A stretch of DNA of 56,379 bases from positions 1 to 56,379 of the forward strand of contig CALCQG010000168.1 of NCBI GenBank assembly GCA_937897575.1, in the 5' to 3' direction. Source of the DNA: an uncultured Synergistales bacterium (GTDB lineage Bacteria; Synergistota; Synergistia; Synergistales; Aminobacteriaceae). The position numbers and the translations under genes were made by a program. The notes beneath the pieces are model-generated. The model had not been told where the DNA came from. It did no database searches and saw only the letters and a list, made by a program, of their open reading frames with translations. Below, one piece after another: positions 34,363 through 42,688 of this stretch. How positions within the stretch are numbered: the first letter of the stretch is position 1; each line of letters opens with the position of its first letter.

Positions 34363-34652
34363 GGCCGTTCACTTCCTTCCGGGAGAGCCGCAAGAGCTCT
34401 CCGAACAGCTGTTTCCACGCGTGCGCGCAGCGTACAGTCCAAGGCCCCTCTATCCTGGACCTTCAGAACTCCGCACATGACGTTCAATTCCTGAAGTACA
34501 CCGGTGATTGCATCGCGCATCTCCTTCTCAAAGGAGACAAGGGACGGGCTGTCTAACTGTATCTCTATACCCTCCCCCTCCGATGGTATTGTCGCTATTA
34601 CCAAAGCGTCGCAGGATTCGAGCGTTCCTGCCTGTCCAACTTTGTTCGTCAT
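34359..34652 (-). CDS. citD: Citrate-lyase-type acyl carrier protein (gamma subunit)
   Basis: AGTLESCD (attachment Ser retained) and DRGALDCTLRARVETA. Confidence 0.92.
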   Translation of the reverse strand: MTNKVGQAGTLESCDALVIATIPSEGEGIEIQLDSPSLVSFEKEMRDAITGVLQELNVMCGVLKVQDRGALDCTLRARVETAVRRALAALPEGSERP

Positions 34653-34700
34653 TGTTCTGCCTCCAAGGGTACGTTGCCCTCTATGATTGATCGGAACCCT

Positions 34701-35531
34701 TTACTCATGCGCGGCGTAATGTAAGGGCATCGCAGACCCTGTGTATTTATGCACATTGAACATGGCTTCGACAACTCCCCCAGCTATGGAAAAGGCTTTG
34801 TCTGAGATCGTTTGCCAACTTCCTTCTACGTTTCTCGGGTCAATGTCGCCGATTTTCATGCCTTTATGAACGGGAACCGCCGGATGAATCAGCCCTCTGA
34901 TAAGCCCAGCGATATTCGCTGTTATGGGTACGTCTCCAACATATCCAAGAAAATCTCCCTGAGACACGACATCTCCGATCTCCCGATGCGCTGCAAAGAA
35001 ACCGGCGCCTGGAGAACGAATTACACGGCGCTCTCCCTCGCCACCAATGATGCCGGGAACACCGGTATTTGGAATGGCGCAACCGCGGTCAATGACCCTG
35101 CCTAAAAAATGTCCTCGTTTTGTTTCGATCACGTAATGAACATCTTTCCCGGCGGTGAAACCTGGCCCCAGTCCGATCACGAGAGGAGCCATATCACGCG
35201 ATGTGCCAGTATTTCGCTTTGCTATGATGGCATCCACTACGCATTGCGGCTGCATTTGACGTATGTAGGCGCCCTTCGGATCGACCCAGACAGGAACGTA
35301 CGACCAATCCGTCGGCAGTACACCTGCCTGTTGGACCGCAAATCGCAACCCCTCCACCGTCACTTCGCCTTGAAAAACAGCTTCAGCAGCGCTGACGGTA
35401 CGTCTGATTACCGTCGGCAACTCGACTTCCAGACATACAATCCGAAACCCCATGCGGTGAAGACGCCAGATGACTCCTGTAGCAAGGTCACCTCCACCTC
35501 GTACTATGACAAGATCATTGAGACGGGGCAG
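34701..35531 (-). CDS. yqeB: Selenium-dependent molybdenum hydroxylase system protein YqeB (probable CTG start)
   Basis: The frame extends upstream of the ATG at 35453 through LVIVRGGGDLATG; IRRTVS, ETKRGHFLGR, PNTGVPG, KIGDIDPR and ISDKA motifs. Confidence 0.9.
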   Translation of the reverse strand: MPRLNDLVIVRGGGDLATGVIWRLHRMGFRIVCLEVELPTVIRRTVSAAEAVFQGEVTVEGLRFAVQQAGVLPTDWSYVPVWVDPKGAYIRQMQPQCVVDAIIAKRNTGTSRDMAPLVIGLGPGFTAGKDVHYVIETKRGHFLGRVIDRGCAIPNTGVPGIIGGEGERRVIRSPGAGFFAAHREIGDVVSQGDFLGYVGDVPITANIAGLIRGLIHPAVPVHKGMKIGDIDPRNVEGSWQTISDKAFSIAGGVVEAMFNVHKYTGSAMPLHYAAHE

Positions 35532-36123
35532 GGGGACACACCTCTTTTCCTTTCAGCAACTCATAATCCCGAGGGGTATCGACGTCAAAAAAACAGTAAT
35601 CGGCGCCTGAAATAAACGATACTTCATCCTTATATCGTCCAATGATCTCCCGTCCTCCCATATCCCCCGATGACTCCAGCAATCGGTGTTTCCATATCGG
35701 GCGGAACCACGAGGGGTGGCCGAAACGACCATCACGGACCGGGATCATAGCGCTCTTGTTTTGGGGAAGTTCGAGAAATGAAGATCGAAGCCCCCTTAGT
35801 ACCTCGCTCGTAACCATGGGCATATCCCCAAGGAGAATACAGAATGAGTCCTCTTTCGATTCAATGGCGCGAAGCCCAAGCTGTAATGAGCCGGACTGTC
35901 CCGCTTCCGGTTTTTCATTGAGAACGAACTGTACGCGGTTGTACCCCCACGACGTTACGACGGACAAGGTCTCCCGGGAAACTACTACGTACGTCATGTC
36001 AAAATCACTCTTCTGGGCAGAGTCGATAACAGCGGAGAGGAGAGTTCCTCCCATATAGGGGAGAAGAAGTTTGTTCGTCCCCATCCGCATCGATCTGCCC
36101 GCTGCCAAAATCAGTGCGTCCAT
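35515..36123 (-). CDS. mocA: Molybdenum cofactor cytidylyltransferase (MocA-like, NTP_transf_3)
   Basis: LAAGRSMRMGTNKLLLP, LGDMP, GHP, GDMGGR and DVDTPRDY motifs. Confidence 0.85.
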   Translation of the reverse strand: MDALILAAGRSMRMGTNKLLLPYMGGTLLSAVIDSAQKSDFDMTYVVVSRETLSVVTSWGYNRVQFVLNEKPEAGQSGSLQLGLRAIESKEDSFCILLGDMPMVTSEVLRGLRSSFLELPQNKSAMIPVRDGRFGHPSWFRPIWKHRLLESSGDMGGREIIGRYKDEVSFISGADYCFFDVDTPRDYELLKGKEVCPPAPSQ

Positions 36124-36856
36124 CCTCTTTCCACCTCAGGGATCCTGCATATATTTCATCAAATCTGGTCAACGAGGCCACCGTCTCTCGTACTCGCAGC
36201 ATATCCTCTTTATCTTCTACAATATCCATCTTGTTGATGAAAAGAATACGGCGACGGCCAGGTCGGTCTTTGCTCCCTTTCAGGAAAATCTCAGGGTGCT
36301 CCAATATCTCTGCCAGTTTCAACGCCTTCGGCTTTATGTTCGCTTCCAGACCGCTTGAAGCAAGAAAGCGGGCATATCTGAACACTATTTCCTCGTTCAA
36401 CGGCATACAAAAAAGTTCCGCTCCCACAACGACTATATGGCATGTTGTCTTATCGGGAATGACCGGTTCGTGGGCCTCGTATCCTTTGACTGGGAACCCT
36501 TTCGCTCCATCGGCCTCAACAATAACAAAGTCTGCCACTCCTGATTGATAGAACCTATCGACCTCTTCGGCCCCGAATCCTGTCAACTTCTCTTCGGAAG
36601 TACCACTGAAAACTCCGACACAGAAAGATTGCCTGAAGGCATGAGGTATCGTCTTGTCAATACACTCGAAAGGGCCGGAAACGACTTTCATGTAGGAAGG
36701 AATCTGATTCCTTCCTACATGGGTCGTGGTCGTAAACAGAGCGCGTTTTCCGCCCCGTCCGCCTGATTCACAGAGAGAGAAGGCAAGTGACGATTTGCCA
36801 CCCGCTCCTGTTATCGATATGAGTTCCCTCTCCCGAAGATCAAGGCATTGGGACAT
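36005..36856 (-). CDS. yqeC: Selenium cofactor biosynthesis protein YqeC
   Basis: ITGAGGKSS, TTTTH and VEADGAKGFPVK...HEPVIP motifs; the 3' end overlaps mocA by 119 nt. Confidence 0.88.
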   Translation of the reverse strand: MSQCLDLRERELISITGAGGKSSLAFSLCESGGRGGKRALFTTTTHVGRNQIPSYMKVVSGPFECIDKTIPHAFRQSFCVGVFSGTSEEKLTGFGAEEVDRFYQSGVADFVIVEADGAKGFPVKGYEAHEPVIPDKTTCHIVVVGAELFCMPLNEEIVFRYARFLASSGLEANIKPKALKLAEILEHPEIFLKGSKDRPGRRRILFINKMDIVEDKEDMLRVRETVASLTRFDEIYAGSLRWKEDGRTDFGSGQIDADGDEQTSSPLYGRNSPLRCYRLCPEE

Positions 36857-36876
36857 GACAACTTCTCTATCTCATA

Positions 36877-39351
36877 CTACAGACGCGTGACTTTGAGCAC
36901 GTCGCACCGCAGGCAACGGCATGTCTCATGAATCATCTGTTCTTCCGTCAACCCCTCTTCTATTTCATCGAAACAGACCTCTCTGTTGCAGACAGGGACA
37001 GACTTCATCACGGCTCGTTTTGACGGGGTCTCGTCCACCGGTTTGGAGAGCGAACGTACGTAGGTGACCCTATCGACAACTTGTCCGTCACCACCAAGGT
37101 ATCTGTCGATGGATGAAGCCGCCTGTTTACCTCCGTTGACGGCGCGAACTACGGAATCAGGACCTGTGATACAGTCACCACCGGCGAAGAGATACGGGAT
37201 ATTCGTATTCCCATCGTAGGTCGCAGCGAATGCATTACCGCGGCGTTCAATTCTTTCCTCCAGTTTTTCCTGGAAGGAGTCATCCAAGCTCTGACCTATG
37301 GCAACAATGACAAAGTCCGCGTCCACTTCCATGGTTTGAGAATCATCGCAGACCGGTGCGAAGCGCCCCTCCTTGTTGAAGACGGAGAGACACTTTCTGA
37401 ACACAACGCTTTTCACGCCATTGGAATCTCCCTTGATCTCCATAGGGCTCCAGCTGCAGTTCACTTCAGCGTCCTCCGAACAACACTCCTGTACTTCCCA
37501 TTCGTGAGCCGGCATTTCATCAAGCTTTTCCAAGCAGTAGAGGCCCACTTTTTCCGCCCCAAGCCGTATGGCGCTCCGGGCGCAATCAATTGCCACGTTG
37601 CCTCCCCCGACAACGATCACGGACTTCCCTTTCAAGTCGATCTGCTCACCAAGGTTAATGCTTCTCAGGAAGCGTACTCCGGAGAGGACATTGGGATACT
37701 CCTCTCCTGGAATCCCAAGTTTTCGCTCTCCATGGGAGCCGACTCCCATATAGACCGCAACAAACCCCATATCCCTCAGGGATTCGAGCGTAAAATCCAC
37801 TCCGAGTTTCTTGTTTGTTTCAAACTTGACCCCCATGGATCTGTAGACATCAAGCTCTTTCTCAAATATCTCCCGGGGCAGTCTATACGCAGGAAGCCCA
37901 AGAACCAGCATGCCACCAATCTTCGAGGTCTCTTCGAAAACTGTCACGCTGTACCCCTTCTTCTGGAGATAGAACGCGCAGGAGAGCCCGGATGGGCCCG
38001 AACCGATCACAGCGATCTTCTTCCCGTTCGATTTTGCCACCTCCGGGACTGGAAGCACGCCGTTTTGCTTAAGAAGCACGTCCGTGATAAAACGTTTCAC
38101 CCCGTTAATGGCGATCGGTTCGTCGATCTTCACCCTGTTGCACAGATCCTCGCAGGGGTGGTTACATACCCTGCCGCAGGCCAGAACAAGCGGGTTTTCC
38201 GCCTGAATAACCCTGTATGCCTCTTCGTATCGCTTCTGTCGTGCCAGATCAAGATAAATGGGGACTGGGACATTGGAAGGGCATGCATTCTGGCAGGTAT
38301 AGCGCATACAGTGCACCGGAGCCTTGGGATCGTGTCGTTCGTAGAGACACTCCGTGCAGTAGAGACACTCCTTGATATGATCGTATCTCCTGTCTCTGGC
38401 CTTTTTCAGCCACATGGAGTCTGCGATGAGCGGTCTGGCCAATGCGACCATATCCGCTCTCCCGGACTCGATGACCTCGTTTGCAAATTTTGGATCTCCA
38501 AGCTTTCCTACTGTTACGACCGGCACATTGACATGTTTTTTGATATCCTCGGCCAGGTATACGTTCGGGCCATCCGGGTATTCGATTCCAGGTTTCCCCC
38601 GCTGGTCACTGTACCCCTTCACAGGCGCATCATCAAAACGGACCCCCGCAGAGACATCCATGCAGTCAACACCGTTTGCCACCAGCTCTTTGGCGAAAAT
38701 ACGGCTCTGGACAATAGTGTTACCTCCCACGACGAACTCTTCGGCACTGATCCTGGCAAAGACGGGATAGTCGGGGCCCACCAACGCTCGAACACGTTTT
38801 AATATCTCAAGGTGGATGAACATTCGGCCGTACACGTCGCCTCCGAATTCATCGGTACGCGTGTTCGTCCTTCTTGAGATGAAATCCGCCATGGTATACG
38901 TGTGGGCATAATGGAGTTCCAGAACGTCGAACCCCGCCTTGACCGCCCGCTCGGCACCGGCGACGAAGTCATCGATTATTCCGTAGCAGTCTGCATTCGT
39001 CAGCTCATCGATCTTGACGCCGGCACCATAAATGGAGTGGGCTATCTGAAGGCCGATCAGGCAGTTCTCCTGATGGACCGCTGCTACCAGACGATTCAGG
39101 CCGGCAATATGTTCGTCGGAGCTCACCTGCAATCTTTGTCCCGCGTGGATGTATTTCGAACTTACGCTCGTATGCTCGGTCATGATGAGCCCCACGCCGG
39201 AACGAGCCCGATCGACGTAGTGTTTGATGGTATCTGGAGAGACGAAACCGCCCGGCGCCGCCGAATTCGTGAACATAGGCGACATGATGACTCTATTGGG
39301 GATCGTGAGACGATTAATCGTTATTGGAGAAAAAAGATTCGGTCTGTCCAC
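36877..39351 (-). CDS. Old-yellow-enzyme (NADH:flavin oxidoreductase) domain fused to a GltD/PreT-like Fe-S/FAD module
   Basis: NRVIMSPM, AGFDVLELHYAHTY, NTRTDEFGG, ARPLIAD, CLYCTEC..C; then CQNACP, CGRVCNHPCEDLCNR, GSGPSG, GGGNVAIDCAR, AGGD and CRCLRC. Confidence 0.85.
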   Translation of the reverse strand: MDRPNLFSPITINRLTIPNRVIMSPMFTNSAAPGGFVSPDTIKHYVDRARSGVGLIMTEHTSVSSKYIHAGQRLQVSSDEHIAGLNRLVAAVHQENCLIGLQIAHSIYGAGVKIDELTNADCYGIIDDFVAGAERAVKAGFDVLELHYAHTYTMADFISRRTNTRTDEFGGDVYGRMFIHLEILKRVRALVGPDYPVFARISAEEFVVGGNTIVQSRIFAKELVANGVDCMDVSAGVRFDDAPVKGYSDQRGKPGIEYPDGPNVYLAEDIKKHVNVPVVTVGKLGDPKFANEVIESGRADMVALARPLIADSMWLKKARDRRYDHIKECLYCTECLYERHDPKAPVHCMRYTCQNACPSNVPVPIYLDLARQKRYEEAYRVIQAENPLVLACGRVCNHPCEDLCNRVKIDEPIAINGVKRFITDVLLKQNGVLPVPEVAKSNGKKIAVIGSGPSGLSCAFYLQKKGYSVTVFEETSKIGGMLVLGLPAYRLPREIFEKELDVYRSMGVKFETNKKLGVDFTLESLRDMGFVAVYMGVGSHGERKLGIPGEEYPNVLSGVRFLRSINLGEQIDLKGKSVIVVGGGNVAIDCARSAIRLGAEKVGLYCLEKLDEMPAHEWEVQECCSEDAEVNCSWSPMEIKGDSNGVKSVVFRKCLSVFNKEGRFAPVCDDSQTMEVDADFVIVAIGQSLDDSFQEKLEERIERRGNAFAATYDGNTNIPYLFAGGDCITGPDSVVRAVNGGKQAASSIDRYLGGDGQVVDRVTYVRSLSKPVDETPSKRAVMKSVPVCNREVCFDEIEEGLTEEQMIHETCRCLRCDVLKVTRL

Positions 39352-39381
39352 TGTGCCTTCATCCTTCCTGCTAGGTTGTGT

Positions 39382-39864
39382 TTAGGTCTTGATACCTTTG
39401 TGCCTTATTTTTTGCGCGGCCAAGTGGACCGCATCATAAAACTGAAGGTACCCGGTGCATCGGCAGAGATGTCCGGAGAGCTCCTCCATGATTTCCTGCT
39501 TTGTGGGATTCTCATACTTATCAAGCAGGTATTTCGCGCTCAGAATGACCCCGGGGGTACAAAAACCGCACTGCACCGCGCCGGCTTCGATAAAGGCCTC
39601 TTGTATGGGGTGTAGTTCGCCGTTGTCAGCGAGGCCTTCTATGGTAAGAATCTCACGACCGTTGGCCGTCATCACGGGGATGATACAGGAGTTTACCGGC
39701 AGGCCGTCCAAAAGCACCGTACAAGCACCGCACTCCCCCTCTCCGCACCCTTTTTTCGCTCCCGTCAGATGTAAATCCTTGCGAAGGACGTCCAGCAGCG
39801 ATTTCGAAGGATCGACTTCAATGTGTACCGGCTTTCCATTAATTGTGCATGCGAAGTTCTGCAT
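39382..39864 (-). CDS. Xanthine dehydrogenase family [2Fe-2S] subunit
   Basis: GCGEGECGACTV, QCGFCTPG and LCRCTGY motifs. Confidence 0.93.
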   Translation of the reverse strand: MQNFACTINGKPVHIEVDPSKSLLDVLRKDLHLTGAKKGCGEGECGACTVLLDGLPVNSCIIPVMTANGREILTIEGLADNGELHPIQEAFIEAGAVQCGFCTPGVILSAKYLLDKYENPTKQEIMEELSGHLCRCTGYLQFYDAVHLAAQKIRHKGIKT

Positions 39865-39879
39865 GGTCGTACTTCCCTC

Positions 39880-40749
39880 CTATCCTATCTGCTCCACGGC
39901 CTTGATGAGCGCGCGCTCGACAATGTCCTTCACGAGAGACTTCCTGTATTCTCCCGATCCGCGAACTTTAGAATCTCTCGGCTGGGCCTCCCGCTCGGCC
40001 AATTGTGCTGCAGCGCCAAGAGCGCTCAGATCGTCGACATGTTTGCCGATGAGCGAACTTTCTGCTCTTTTCGTCCTGAAAGGCACGACTGCAACGGGGG
40101 AAGTTACAATACGAGCCTCTGTGATCGTTCCATCCCGGGCAACAACCATGACGGCCGCATTGACAACCGGGAGGGCCATGGCATCCCGCGGTGCCATCCT
40201 GACGTATCCCGTGCCGTATCTTCCCGCGGGCTTCGACACGTAGATTTCCGTTATTAACTCTCTTGAAGGATCAACACTGCTTTTACCGACGCCTTTGAAC
40301 AGATTCTCGATATCCTCGGTCCTTTTTCCCGATGCGCTTATGATCATGCATTTCGCATTCATCGCCACAAGGGGGACAACTGCATCTGCGGCCGGCTGTG
40401 CGCTAACGATATTGCCCCCTAATGTGCCGATGTTTCGAATCTGCGGGGAACCGACGTTCCGGCAGCCATCGGCAAGTGCAACGAAACAACTCTTCACCGT
40501 TTCGTGCGCAGCGACCTCGGCATGAGTGAGAGCGGCTCCGAGTATCATTCGTTTGTCATCGCTCTCAAAGTGCTTCAGTTCTTCGATCAATGAGATGTCG
40601 ACAAGCGTTTCTGCCTGCGCCTTTCCCTCTTTTAGCCATAGGAAAAGATCCGTTCCTCCCGCAAGCACTCGCGCTTTTCCTTCATGTTCAACAAGTAGGG
40701 CAATGCACTCCTCTATGGTCTTAGGAAATAGCTGCTGTTTTATTCTCAT
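39880..40749 (-). CDS. Xanthine dehydrogenase family FAD-binding subunit
   Basis: ATG at 40749 after GGAGG; AGGTDL, GSPQIRNIGTLGGN and SGEYR motifs. Confidence 0.92.
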   Translation of the reverse strand: MRIKQQLFPKTIEECIALLVEHEGKARVLAGGTDLFLWLKEGKAQAETLVDISLIEELKHFESDDKRMILGAALTHAEVAAHETVKSCFVALADGCRNVGSPQIRNIGTLGGNIVSAQPAADAVVPLVAMNAKCMIISASGKRTEDIENLFKGVGKSSVDPSRELITEIYVSKPAGRYGTGYVRMAPRDAMALPVVNAAVMVVARDGTITEARIVTSPVAVVPFRTKRAESSLIGKHVDDLSALGAAAQLAEREAQPRDSKVRGSGEYRKSLVKDIVERALIKAVEQIG

Positions 40750-42661
40750 CCTTGCCCCTCCTCCCCAAAGAACTCTGAAGCATATACAGTGCAACGAACA
40801 GACCCAGACCAACGAAGTCCGATATCGTCTCAGGGTACATGAGCAATACGCCTGCGGCCAGGAGAAGAATTCGTTTCACGATTCCAATCTCCGTCTTCAG
40901 GTAGCCTTCAATGCCGGAGCACAACGCGTATACACCTAAAACACCCGTACACATGATCCACAGGCTATACACGCTGAAATTGGAGGGGAGAATCATCATC
41001 TTAGGCTGGAAAACGAACATGAAAGGAACGAGGAAAGAGGTCAGTCCGATGAAACAGGCCTTCCAACCGACTCGAGCCGCATCTGCACCTGCTATGCCTG
41101 CAGCAGCATATGATGCAACGGCGACAGGGGGGGTGATGGCGGAAAGCGTTGAAAAATAGACGACGAACATATGCGCCTCAAGGGGTTGAAGTCCAAGCTC
41201 ATACAGAGACGGAATGCAGAGTGCTGCCGTCAAGGTGTATGCAGCGGCCACAGGCATCCCCATCCCAAGAAGTGTGCAAATAAGAGCGGTCAATAACAAT
41301 GCGGGGAGAAGCTTGCCTCCACCGATGCTCAGTATGAGACTGGCGAGTTTTCCGCTGAGGCCTGTTGTCATCAGTCCAGCGATGACACAGCCCGCCACGG
41401 CGCAGGACAGGGAGACGATGATCGAAGAGAGCGCCCCATCCTCAAGGGCTTTGATAATGGTCTGCAACGACATCCGTGTCGATTTCCGCAGCGCCGCTGT
41501 CACTATGACGGCGATAATGCCGACGAATGCCGACAGAGAAGCCGTGTATCCGCGCATCAGCATGACCACGAGAACCAGTATCGGGAGCAGAAATATGCCG
41601 CCCTCCTTGAGGGTCTTCATCGCGTTAGGCAGATCCTTCTGTTCGAGTCCCTGCAAGTTGCGTTTCTTCGCCCTGAAATGCACCACGAGCAGAAGGGCGA
41701 GATAGTACAGAACACCGGGGAATGCCGCAGCGAGCGCAATCGTCCGGTAGGGGATTCCTGCCATCTCCACCATGAGAAATGCAGCTGTTCCCATGATAGG
41801 AGGCATTATTCCGCCACCAGTGGCGGCAACGGCATTGATCGCTCCGGCAAACTCGGAGTCGTACCCCGAACGTTTCATCATCGGTATCGTGAAGGATCCG
41901 GTCGTTACGACGTTTGCCGTCGGACTGCCATTGATCATGCCGAACAGTCCGCTGGTGACGATCGCAACCTTTCCCGCGCCACCGGCGTAGCGTCCTGCTA
42001 CGGCCATGGAGAACTTGTAGAAGAAATCGCCAGCGCCGGAAAGGGCAAAGAAGGAGCCGAAGAGGACGAACATGAACACGTACGTCGATGCTGCGACCAG
42101 TGGCGATGAGAATATGCCGTTGATAGTGAAGACGACCTGGTCAAGCAGATCTACTGGCAACAGACGTCTGTGGTAGAGCGTACCAGGAAGCAGGTGACCG
42201 AAAAATGCATAGGCAAGGAAGATCAGCCCTATCAGAGGGAGGATGTACCCCATGGCGCGCCTCGTCAAACAGAACACGAGGACGAGTATGGTGATCCCGA
42301 TGACAATATCCGGCATCGACAGAGGGTCTACTTGAGGCCATCGGGTGATGAATCTGGCCATATTCATGAAAAAGTACACACCTGTCGCCATCGCAGCACC
42401 GCCAATTACATAGTCGCGTACTGGGATGCGCGTCCGATCGCTGCTGGCAAAAGGAGTATACATGAGCGATGCGAGAATAAGAATAAACGTCAGGTGAATG
42501 CTGTAATGCAGCATCGGTTGCACTGTGAGGAACGTAGCCTGGGCAAGTTGATAGAGCGACATGACGACTGCGATCACGCGCACGATCTGCTTGTCCGTTC
42601 CAGAAAGTTTTCTTTTCGCACCTTGCTCTTTCAGCTCTTTGAGTTTCACGTTCAGCACCAT
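40721..42661 (-). CDS. TRAP transporter fused 4TM/12TM permease (TAXI type)
   Basis: GGAGKVA, NVVTTGSFTIPMMKR, GGGIMPPIMG, LGMGMP and ITPPVA motifs. Confidence 0.9.
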   Translation of the reverse strand: MVLNVKLKELKEQGAKRKLSGTDKQIVRVIAVVMSLYQLAQATFLTVQPMLHYSIHLTFILILASLMYTPFASSDRTRIPVRDYVIGGAAMATGVYFFMNMARFITRWPQVDPLSMPDIVIGITILVLVFCLTRRAMGYILPLIGLIFLAYAFFGHLLPGTLYHRRLLPVDLLDQVVFTINGIFSSPLVAASTYVFMFVLFGSFFALSGAGDFFYKFSMAVAGRYAGGAGKVAIVTSGLFGMINGSPTANVVTTGSFTIPMMKRSGYDSEFAGAINAVAATGGGIMPPIMGTAAFLMVEMAGIPYRTIALAAAFPGVLYYLALLLVVHFRAKKRNLQGLEQKDLPNAMKTLKEGGIFLLPILVLVVMLMRGYTASLSAFVGIIAVIVTAALRKSTRMSLQTIIKALEDGALSSIIVSLSCAVAGCVIAGLMTTGLSGKLASLILSIGGGKLLPALLLTALICTLLGMGMPVAAAYTLTAALCIPSLYELGLQPLEAHMFVVYFSTLSAITPPVAVASYAAAGIAGADAARVGWKACFIGLTSFLVPFMFVFQPKMMILPSNFSVYSLWIMCTGVLGVYALCSGIEGYLKTEIGIVKRILLLAAGVLLMYPETISDFVGLGLFVALYMLQSSLGRRGKDENKTAAIS

Positions 42662-42688
42662 CCTTATGGTTAATGGAAAACCTACGCG

